A stretch of DNA of 33,000 nucleotides. It comes from Neoechinorhynchus agilis (lineage: Eukaryota; Animalia; Acanthocephala). Positions within the stretch are counted from its first letter, which is position 1, and each line of letters begins with the position of its first letter. Position numbers and translations under genes: made by a program. This document shows positions 1-9,832 of this stretch, piece after piece. The stretch covers positions 17,710,784 to 17,743,783 of the forward strand of contig CM121341.1 of assembly GCA_051530055.1 (NCBI GenBank). Direction: 5' to 3'. A model generated the notes under the pieces. It did no database searches. It was not told where the DNA came from and was given only the letters and a program-made list of their open reading frames with translations.

Positions 1-1633
1 TGTTTAGATGAGGGTAAGATATTGGAAGGTACGATTTGTACTCAATTTTAATTTCGATTTGATTTTCGCTGCACGCGATTCTCCGTGCATATCGATCATT
101 GTTTAAAAACCAACAACTTGATTTTTTGCTTTCGACGTAATCGATAATCAAATGATCAAGCATTGCATTCGTCACGTCACTATCTAGTTGAGAACTCATA
201 TAAACCTCAAAATTTATGAGCTGACTTAGGAGATGAGAATCGATGATTTGCACTTCGATTTGACACTTAGATGACAATTGAGGCGTTCCTCTATCTTTAG
301 CGACGACAGTAAATACGAAATATGTTACATTCAATGAAATCCGTTCTTTTAATAGTTGAATTTGTCCATTTGATGACTTTACTTTCACGAAATCATGTTT
401 ACAATAGACCTCATACTCTAATTCAGCATTTTCACCTTCATCGACGTCTACGGCATCGATCACCGGACTGAATTGATCTATCTCCGATCGATAAACACTG
501 AAAACCCTCGAAGCGAATTCGAATGAGGGATGATTGTCATTCACATCATCAACGACCACGTTGAATTCGAGCTGTTTACAATGAAAAGGTTCATCATGCA
601 CGGACACTAATATGTGGTGCTCTTTTAATACTTCTCTATCCAGAGGCTTTGTTAGCACAATCAAAAAAATAAATCGATTTTCAGTTTCGTGTAGGCCAAA
701 CACATCACTTTGTATTTTTACGCCAATATTCTCTGGAATATCAGCATCCACTATTGTCACATTGAACAACACATTACCAACGGGAAAATCTTCTTTTACA
801 TGAATCGTATCGTTTGAAATACTGGCATGGATTTGGGGTGAGTTATCGTTAACATTTAGAACGTTTATATTGATTGTACAGTAGCCATTGAAAGTGTAAC
901 TACCAGGTCCGGAATCTGTGACCTTGACTACAAATTCAAAATGCCTCTGTGTTTCAAAGTCGAGTTGATTTATGAGGCGCAAGTATCCGTTTTGTGGATC
1001 AATTTCAAAGTACTCGTGTGAATCCATGTGGTATTTGATAGATTGAGTGCATTCATCATTGTCGATAGCAGTCACCTTGCCAATAATCGAGTTTATAGTT
1101 TGATTTTCACGAACAAAAATATTCACGTCCATACACTCAGGAGCGTTGTCGTTTACGTCCTTTACCGAAATATCAGCAATCACCGTAAACTCGTTAGCTA
1201 AAGTACACAATTCAATTGAGTATCGATCAACACCTTCTCGATCAAGTGATTTCGTTGTAATGAGTTGAAAGAGGTCGTACTGAAGTTGACAAAGTTGGAA
1301 ACTGTTTTCCATTTCGATGCAATCATTTTTTAGATAGCAAGGGAGGTCAGTAAGTAAAAGTTGAACGCCAGGGGAAAGTCCTTCAAACACTTCAAGGTTC
1401 ATGTGAAAAGTAACGAACTGCTCAGATGTGCCGTAATTTACTGTTTCCAATGTACATTGGCACCTGGGCGAGAAGAGTGTTTGATTTAGAGGGTTATGAT
1501 GATCGGAAGTGATTGAAAGTGCTGATTTGAGGAATCTTTCCACTGATGATCGCTGCGGTAATGATAGCTGACTGGTGACTGGAAGCATGAATGTGATTGT
1601 AAAGATTTCAAGCACAAGGCAGCATATTCTCAT
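1..1633 (-). CDS. Cadherin-repeat (protocadherin-like) cell-surface protein, 5' part; ORF runs off the left edge
   Basis: Manual translation gives one uninterrupted frame from ATG 1633 to the window edge (absent from the ORF track, presumably because it has no stop in the window). Signal peptide MRICCLVLEIFTITFMLPV; three DxNDN-type linkers (KDVNDNAP, LNVNDNSP, DDVNDNHP), LDRE/LDFE/LDRE motifs, AxDxD motifs (AIDND, AVDVDEGENA) and AKDRGTPQLSS. A single large ectodomain exon is typical of protocadherins. Confidence 0.9.
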   Translation of the reverse strand, partial: MRICCLVLEIFTITFMLPVTSQLSLPQRSSVERFLKSALSITSDHHNPLNQTLFSPRCQCTLETVNYGTSEQFVTFHMNLEVFEGLSPGVQLLLTDLPCYLKNDCIEMENSFQLCQLQYDLFQLITTKSLDREGVDRYSIELCTLANEFTVIADISVKDVNDNAPECMDVNIFVRENQTINSIIGKVTAIDNDECTQSIKYHMDSHEYFEIDPQNGYLRLINQLDFETQRHFEFVVKVTDSGPGSYTFNGYCTININVLNVNDNSPQIHASISNDTIHVKEDFPVGNVLFNVTIVDADIPENIGVKIQSDVFGLHETENRFIFLIVLTKPLDREVLKEHHILVSVHDEPFHCKQLEFNVVVDDVNDNHPSFEFASRVFSVYRSEIDQFSPVIDAVDVDEGENAELEYEVYCKHDFVKVKSSNGQIQLLKERISLNVTYFVFTVVAKDRGTPQLSSKCQIEVQIIDSHLLSQLINFEVYMSSQLDSDVTNAMLDHLIIDYVESKKSSCWFLNNDRYARRIACSENQIEIKIEYKSYLPISYPHLN

Positions 1634-2313
1634 GAAACCATCGAGTTTACGAAGTTCTAAAACGGAAGTTTTTAAACCAGGGCGAACCGAATATTGTGCA
1701 ATTGGGTTGCTGATGTGTTTAGCACTTTACTAAATTCAAACTGTCACCGTAGCCAATCTCAACTTATTTGTGTGTTTTGCATATTTTAATTGGCGGAGCG
1801 CGTAATCTTCTATGTATCATCAGAAATCATTAAGCAGATTGCCGTGCGTTGTTCCATAAAGCGGAACTATCGCCGTTCGACAACCTTCTTCGAGAGATTA
1901 CGAAGGACAAGACAGCAGATTCGTGGCATCAGACAAGATGTTTATACGTTTGAAATCAATCGCCTGGACTTACAGGTTCCCCAGCTGCGCTCTAAGGCAA
2001 ATGATATCTCTTTACTTCTCAGGTGGCAGCGCATTAGGTCCTGAGTCCGGATACAGTAAAAGAAATGGAACGCCTGAAAAATGAACTAAATCGTTAATTT
2101 TATTTGAATTGTCGCATTTGCTGTATTCAGCTTTTATGAGCGAAATATTGCAATAATGTAACTCCAATTGTTGAGCTGCAAATCAAAAGTCATCCATTCT
2201 CAAATACTCTTTAAGGTCCAATCATTTCAATTTTACCTGTTGATTTGATTATTAACTGGTTAGATCAGACAATTTATTTTAGATCGCAGTCTTACATCTT
2301 CGTAGAACTCGAG

Positions 2314-2379
2314 TGTTTATGAGGACTCAAAGGTACATGGGTCCTGTTCTTTGTGCATCTACAAATAAAACGTGTTATT
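2314..2379. repeat. Dispersed ~65-bp repeat, copy A
   Basis: Aligns in the same orientation to 26282-26347 with exact blocks TACATGGGTCCT and TAAAACGTGTTATT. Confidence 0.65.
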
Positions 2380-3961
2380 ATTATATATCTTTATGATTAT
2401 CCATGATTTACTGAGGGCACTGTACAATAAAGCGATTTACATTGCAGATTTTTCCGGTACTTTCAAGTGCTCAAATGTCATTTTATAAAGATCAAAATAC
2501 TTTATGCATGTATCTTCGCTTCGATCCTTTTGAACTATCCAGCTCCAAATAAAATCCCGGTACACAATCGATGTTTAAACTAAAATTTTGTAGTCGAATT
2601 CAGCATTTGCTTTGAAATTAAATAGGAGATAGCGCGGACGAAATTTATTTCATTAGGTCGACAGTTGGATTCTCAACATCTCAAGAGTTCAAATTTAGGT
2701 TTATCTAGGTTTTTTGTTCTTGTTATTTCGTTTCTTAAAAGACGTCTAGTCGTTTGTATTGTTTCATACACAGGCGAGTTGTATTCCAAATTCGATCACA
2801 CTGCGAAATGTGATCTTGTTAAGAGATTAAGAATAAGTAAAACATTTTACAAATAATATATATGTTTATTATTATAAATTAGCAATAATGCTTTGCTGAA
2901 AACAGCATGTCGCGATTACAGCCAGCATGCAAAAAACTATAAGCACTGCGAAATCTCCTTGTGTTCCACGAGTTCACTGGATTCCAGATTTTAGTCTTAA
3001 AAAGATTTTCGTCAATGGCCATACACAGCAATTGACGCCATCGGTGCGTGATAATGCAACTAAAATATAGAGCTTGCAAAAAATGACTGCCAATAAGCTC
3101 ATTTATTATTATTATTATTTCACGCCTCATACAAAAGCTCATTTAGATGCATTTATTTTCACAACCACAATTGCCTGTTTTGCACTTGAATTTTTTTAAA
3201 TTAATTAAACGTTTATAGCGACAGTTCTATGCATCAAAAATCAATTTCCATTAGGTGTCATTCTTAATATCTCTCTGCGCCAGTAGATTTAAGACCTTTT
3301 CTGATCTCATGATAGAGTGATTTATTCTTGTAATCGTTGTTAATATCAATTCTAGAGAATAATGATAAAGCATTTAAAATATGAATGTTAATAGTTGGAA
3401 TAAATTATTGAAAAATATGTTATTTTTATGCCATTTAAAATTGCTATTTTGTGTTATGGGGATGACCCAAAATTGAGAACTATGGATGCAACTGGAAGGT
3501 CCTTTAGATGTTGTTTTCCATTAAAACCAATTTTCGTCAATATGCTATGCCATGGTTTTATTCCGCGTTAATCTTTGCCAAAAACTTTATATAGAACCCC
3601 CAGTACTGTTTATCCGTCGCCTTAAACATTCCGTGAAAACTGTGATCGAAAGGGCATGGAAACTAATACAGTCAAAGGAAAAGTCTTGTTTTAAAAATGT
3701 GGACAAAGGATTCAAGAAAATTAATTATTCGGCGAGATTCCACATTTTTGTTGCCGGGCACTTTATTTTCAGCAACCACATGGGGTTTTTGTGACGATTC
3801 AATAGCTGTAAGATAAAATTTCGCATTGATTGCTTAAATCCCATTAATTGGTTCAAGACGAAAACTGGTTGCTTTTGGCTGAAAACTTCCTCCCCCTTGC
3901 GCACTTTTCATTACAATAAAATTTAAATCTCTAAGAAGACACCGAACCATTTATTTTAAAT

Positions 3962-4645
3962 TCATAGCATTCGTCGTACATTCTTTGCAATCGCTTTCGC
4001 AACTAAATTTCGCCACCTTTTGTTCATTGAACACGTTCTTTTAAGATATTCTTCAAAATCTCTAAAATTAGAAAGCTTCATATAAATCGCTATAAGCTGC
4101 CGAGCGTTATTTATTCCTGATTTTGCCAGTCTTTCTGAATAAGTATCACCTATGCCAGGAATCGATGACGAAGGTTTATCAGCCACTGGTTCATTGGCAA
4201 AAAGATAGAATTTATGTATTGAATTTAGTTCATCTTCTCTTTCTGCATCAGAGTTCTTTACTTTTCCCCATTGCAAGTGTTTAATGCAGCTTTCACCCTT
4301 TTGAGTCAATCCTAGAACAAATTCACGAACATCGGTATAATTGCAATGGGCAAATAGTCGTTTTTCGTATAAATTATTGCATTGATCGAATCCAACAGTG
4401 CATGGAACTTCTACGATGTTATACTCGCGAATCAAATCTGGAACACGTTCGACATTAACTCGTAAAATCTGAACATTTTGTTTTCCCAGCTTATTCACTA
4501 CCTCCGGGATCCATTTTGTGTAAAAATCAAAAATGATCGGAATTCCCTTTGTATTCTGAACTACATCTTGGACTTCGTCATCGGTCTGTGGCTCAATCAT
4601 ATTCGCTATGTTGATTCCGTTTATCTGTAGGGTATTGCGCTTCAT
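3962..4645 (-). CDS. Thioredoxin-like domain (no CxxC) fused to a barrier-to-autointegration factor (BAF)-like domain, 227 aa, intronless
   Basis: N-half PIIFDFYTKW...VQILRVNVERVPDLIREYNIVEVPCTVGF matches the thioredoxin fold (cf. VDFYATWCGPC...VDVDE...Y.V..VPT) but lacks the active-site motif. C-half KFYLFANEPVADKPSSSIPGIGDTYSERLAKSGINNARQLIAIYMKL...FEEYLKRTCSMN aligns end-to-end with BAF (cf. human [47 protein letters not shown]...FREWLKDTCGAN). Confidence 0.85.
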   Translation of the reverse strand: MKRNTLQINGINIANMIEPQTDDEVQDVVQNTKGIPIIFDFYTKWIPEVVNKLGKQNVQILRVNVERVPDLIREYNIVEVPCTVGFDQCNNLYEKRLFAHCNYTDVREFVLGLTQKGESCIKHLQWGKVKNSDAEREDELNSIHKFYLFANEPVADKPSSSIPGIGDTYSERLAKSGINNARQLIAIYMKLSNFRDFEEYLKRTCSMNKRWRNLVAKAIAKNVRRML

Positions 4646-4743
4646 TCCGATTACTTGCTCATGTAATCAATACTTTAAACATTAAATTTAAGTCGTTATG
4701 ACAACGTATTTAAAAATTATTTTTCCTTTAAATCGCCCGTGAA
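4646..4743. promoter_or_regulatory. Putative bidirectional promoter / shared 5' region
   Basis: 98-bp AT-rich gap between divergent predicted start codons (4645 minus, 4744 plus). Inferred from geometry only; no motif identified. Confidence 0.3.
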
Positions 4744-7300
4744 ATGCAGAACACTAAAGGAATTATTATTTACTCAATTTTGTTCTTACTTGCAGTTATA
4801 AGTATGTTGCTTTTGCGAGAATTAAATAATTTAAACATTAGTTGCACTATACTCTACAAATTCGGAGGAAGAGCAGAGTTTAGAGCAAGCAATGATCGCA
4901 TTCCAAGGCGATGAAGATGATGAAAGTGAAAAGGGATCACTCCTGGCGATACGAAACGTTCGTCAGTTATATGAGGTAACTCTAGTTCTCGGCTCATTTT
5001 TCAAAATCTATGAAATGTTTCTAAAAGTACATAACAGGCCCATTTATCGATGATATTGTGATTGGAACTGAAAGAGGAGACGGTGCTGCATTTATCGGGA
5101 AAATTCGGTTCAGGCAGAAACGTGTTCGTTGATATTAACCCAATTTCTCCTTTTTACGACTTTAGCATAGATACGGGCTGATCAATGCAGAGTTCCGACG
5201 GATCTCTTATTTCTTACAAAACGATGCTATCCTCGATTCTCTAGTAGTCGTGAATTTAAGGAAAGTTATGGAAATTCAAAACAGCAACCGTGAGTGCCAT
5301 CACAAGTGAAGAGTGCACTTAGTCTTGTACTAAGAGATATATAATTTTGTTAAAAGCCCTTATGCCTGAGACACCCTAAATGTGTACTGGCATTCCTTAT
5401 ATTCATGTAGAGGAATTTCCCAAATTATATTGCACTGTCCTTCCAAACCCGTACATTATGATATTCGACTTTTCAATTTTCTTCATAATAATTGAAATTA
5501 ATGACAGGCCCGTGATTTAGATTTCAATTTACAGAAGTGCCGAACGATATTGCAGAATTAGGTCATTTCGGTCGATATACGCAAGGTGGATACCAGTTCC
5601 ACATAGACCCTGAGGTACCAAAAGGTGTTCTTTTAAAGAAGTTTGAAGAACTCTACCGAAACAACTGGATCGATGACCAAACCAGAGCCATCATAATAAC
5701 GCCTGCGGTCCTGTATTTCTCTAATTAGAGGCTCGTCGGTTTAGATTATGTTAAATACAACGCCAACACAAATCTGTTCACCAGAACTTCTATGCTGATT
5801 GAATTTCCGCCTTTTGGTGGCGCAAATCCATCTTTGCGGGTTAGAAATGTTAAGCTCATTTTGTACTGGAATTCGTACGACTTATTTATAATTGGATGTG
5901 AAATCGCCTTTAGTTTTATCGTTTTCATATCAATTTACATGGAAGTCTTCGGGGTATGTCTACTTTATTGTTTCATCTTTGAAAAATTAATTTCATTTTG
6001 ATTAGCAAAATAGGCTTAAATTTAAGCTAGAAAACTGGCTACATCTTTTTATTGAATTTTGTGGTTTTATTATACTACTTCTAGCAAGCTATTACCGGTA
6101 CGAGGTGTACAAATTTGCCAAACGTGCTCTTAGTTTCAATAAAACGGATCATTCTCACGTAAACCTCGCTTTATCCTCGCATGTTCAGGCAATGGAAAGT
6201 CATCATACAATGATTGCATTGGCTCTTTTGTTTGTTTGGGCTAAGGTTAGCAAAAAACACGATTCTTGGTTATCGCTTGCTTCACGACTGGCTGTTTTGT
6301 TATTTATTTATGACAGAATTCAAACATTATCCATTCTATTCAACGCGATTTTGACGTGAAGTAATTTAATCATTCATTATTAAAGTACTTAAAAGTCTTA
6401 GAATGTGAATGAAATCTCCGAAACCAGGCACAACAGTTTCATACAAAACTCAGTTTATATTTGCAATGCGTCAATGAAAGTAAAGCCGTGAAGCAAACAA
6501 TATATAACCAATTCCCATTCGAAGTCATATACAACATTCCTGTCTGAAAATAGATATTTTCTTTCCTTACGATCGAACCGACACTTGGTTATATGATTGA
6601 GACAATTAGAAGATGCCGTAATGATCTTATTGGTTACGGCTTGATTTTTCTAAACGTGTTTGCAGCATTTTCATTTCTGGGTGTGTTTCTCTTTGGAGAC
6701 AGAATTAAAGATTACAGTACTGTTGATACCACAATGTAATTTCATTTTTTTGAAGAGCGCCAAGAAATAACGGAGTAAAAATTTCAGGTTCACGCTATTC
6801 CGAATTCTGATTGGCGATTTCGATTTCTTTAAACTTCAAAATGAACGGTCGATTATCGGACCACTGTACTTCATTTCGTTCTCATTATTCGTCTTCTTTA
6901 TTCTGCTCAACATATTCTTGGCAATTGTGAACGAAACATTTCATAACTTAAGTGTTGGTTTGGAAGCAGAAGAGAAACGCGAAAGGATGGAAGAGAATAT
7001 GAAGAATAAAGTACAGGAGGAGGACGCAGAGACAGAAAATCCATCAGCGTCGTTTACTTCAAGAGGTAGTCGCAAAATGAAAATTCGTCAAAATTAACAT
7101 TAATTTAGTACAGTTAACCTGAGAGAAGCAATTATGATGAAATTGAATTATGAAGATTATTTAAAAATGAAGTATATCGTAGAGAATCTGTCTAATCGAG
7201 TTTCTCTCATGGTCGAGGAAGTAAGTCCCTCTATTTTTAAACCATTGAATTTTAGCAAAATTTAAACAGATCTCATCACAAAGTTGAGCAGAAATATTAG
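4744..7300 (+). CDS. PKD2: Polycystin-2 / TRPP-family cation channel, about 10 exons
   Basis: Reconstructed exons: 4744-4801, 4842-4975, 5028-5123, 5171-5289, 5521-~5700, ~5745-5953, 6006-6245, 6554-6735, 6788-7065, 7114-7220, 7256-7300, joined by GT-AG introns except the 5699-5744 junction. Motifs: GKIRFRQKRIRADQC (cf. PRLRQLRVRNGSC), GRYTQGGY, NWIDDQTRA, YNANTNLF...LIEFPPFGG, FTLFRILIGDFDF pore, IGPLYFISF..FVFFILLNIFLAIVNETF (S6), C-terminal coiled coil. PKD2 versus PKD2L1/L2 cannot be resolved by eye. Confidence 0.9.
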
Positions 7301-7780
7301 CATATTCAAAACGTCAAAGGATTGCTATTTGGATCCCGATTGATTTTTGCGAAATAAACAACTGCCACCTAATATTCTTAATGTAGATATTTAGACACGC
7401 CGTGCAAGCTTATTTGCATTTTCTGGTTTAACTTCTTGCCCCTTATTTTTTCTATAGGGACTCCAAGAGAAAAATTTCAAAATTTTTAAAAAGCAATGCG
7501 ACACTCGGTTCTCTGTCGTGACCAATCTAATGATACAACATTGAGCGATTAGTTAGACTTTTTTCGCTCAATTGTAATTCCTTTAGATCAGTACGAAACC
7601 TCAAAGATAGAAACAACTAGTTTTTCAATGAAGGTACTAACTAGATGATCTAAAATGAAAAACTATCAGTTATTGGCTTTGTCCGAAAACGTTATAAGCA
7701 TATGCCTGTCTTTAATAATTCCTTTTAAATGATAGGACTTTAAGATATTGAATTTAAAACGTAGATCAATGAAAACACGT

Positions 7781-7975
7781 GACATTGGGGAAATCCATTC
7801 TCGAGATTTATTAAATGCGACGCATTGCATGCTATAACCTCCGTAGTCATAGATCTCAACAGTATTCTACAATCGCTCAGAAATTGAAGCGATTCACATC
7901 TCATTCACAGAAAACAGCAAAATTATTGCTAGTCATAAAGAAACGCTGATTTTAGAAGCATGGAATTCTAGGTGA
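7781..7975 (+). mobile_element. Possible decayed Penelope-like GIY-YIG endonuclease fragment
   Basis: One frame with three stops reads DIGEIHSRDL...HISFTENSKIIASHKETLILEAW, resembling Penelope EN motifs YIGETxR ... HxIDWENxKIL...EA with similar spacing. Weak, by eye. Confidence 0.25.
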
Positions 7976-9832
7976 TTGCACATATCTCAATATTTGCATT
8001 TTTCGAAGGAAATCTCGTAAAACAACCAATAAGCTTTTGGAAACGGCAATTATATAAAAGGTTTGTTCGCTCAAACTTTCATGATTGGCTAATTAAAAAT
8101 AAATCGGTGTCCTATTGGAAATCAATCGTTTCTTTTAATATGGATCTTGGATTTTGATCGATATTCAGTTTTTTAACATTAAAGATAGCAATTATCGAAA
8201 TCAAGGATATTACTAGCGTTGTAACGTAGATACAAAATAAAAAACGATTTAAAAACTCTTTGGGTTTTCGGTAAGGCAACTGAAACATTACCAAATTTCA
8301 ACAAACAAGCATTAAGTTTGAGTTAAATTGCACAAAACGGTATTATAACAAAACAAGAGTGTCAAATTTCATAGTGTTTTGGCACATTATGAGCAGTCTA
8401 ATAAAGATGTGATTTCAGACAAAAGATAATTTATTCAATAACTCTTAATTCAGGTTCGAGAAAATGCATGATTTAAACCCTATATTTCGCCATCATAGTA
8501 GAACCTCCATTTTAGACTGGATAAAATCATTACCAGCACATTAAGCGGTAAGCGACTATTTTGCACTACGCATAATATAATTCCAGAGTTGAAGAATAAT
8601 TTGCAAAGAGTTTAAAAAATTCCTTTCTTAAACAGAAATATTCTACAATGCATGAATTAAATTCGCATTCCTTTCCTAAGAACAACAAACAATTCTCGCA
8701 GGTTTTCGACCTATAAAAAGTAAAGGTGCAGAGGTATATTATGCTACGGATCGATTCGTTACGCGACTAAAGATGCTTCCTAAATTTTTCTAAATCGAGA
8801 TTTTTCGAAAATATGCCAATTTTGCACTAAATACTGCAGAAATGCGTTACCGCGTTATCTTTTGCTTAAAGCGAGCGGATGGGCGACAGCATTTTGTCTC
8901 GATTGTGTGGCTATTTTTTTAGGCAATATAATAAAATCATTTACAAAAGATTAAGACCGCTGATAAATGTTGGAGAAAACGATATCAACTATAGTATGCA
9001 TTAACTACGACTTCCAAAAGGAGAAATATTCTCATGATTTTACGGATCTATTCGGTTTCGTTGTTGCAGTCATCGTAGAAGCGATGATCCTCACTTAAAC
9101 TCTCAATGTCTAAATTTTACGAGTTTATTAGTGTTTCCGGAGAACGCAGTGGATATTAAGGCACGTATGAGACCTTTTAGTAAAAGTTCTTTAATATAGA
9201 AACCAAATTTAGTACAGTTAATAAACAAGGACATACTGGTAGCCGGGTACCTTCCAAATCACGTTTTGTTGTAGAGAATCCATGCTTTGTCGCAAAATGG
9301 GGTAACCTAATCATATTTTTCAGGTGTCGAGCATATTAGCTCATCCCCTAATCAGTTTGAAAGAGATATTTGTTGTTTTAAGTCTCAAATTGCTTTCTTC
9401 TACTGAAATAACCTACTTTTTGGTGTGCGAAACAGCGAATCTAGGATCGCTAGTAGCAACATTTTGCCCATACTCATCGTCTGTATTATGTATGGCATTC
9501 ACATTGTATTTATGTCGCCAGAAAACGCAAAAAGAGATATCCTAAGACGGGCAATTGTGGCATTTAACCTTTAGAGATTTATAATTTTAATAGCTAAACC
9601 TTGCACACTCTAGTGATGGTTCATGTGAGTAGTTGCCTGTCACGTGGGACCACCAGTCATGACATTAGATCCTTAGCACATGCCAGACTATTTGATCTCC
9701 TGGCAGGCAAAAATCCGGATAATTTCGAGTGTTTAGCACGTGATAAATGTCCTTTATTGTTAGCTAATGTTTTTGAACCCGTCGTTAAGGTATTTCTCAT
9801 CGCTTACAGGGAAACCGGAGCTCAAAGCAAAC

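Noticed and set aside
1790-2044. 84-aa plus-strand ORF upstream of the cadherin
   Set aside because: TTG start, no recognisable homology, no consistent splice model.
2665-3794. Short ORFs and a 12-bp repeat (ATTTTCGTCAAT near 3005 and 3530)
   Set aside because: No family similarity; a 12-bp match in AT-rich DNA is insufficient evidence.
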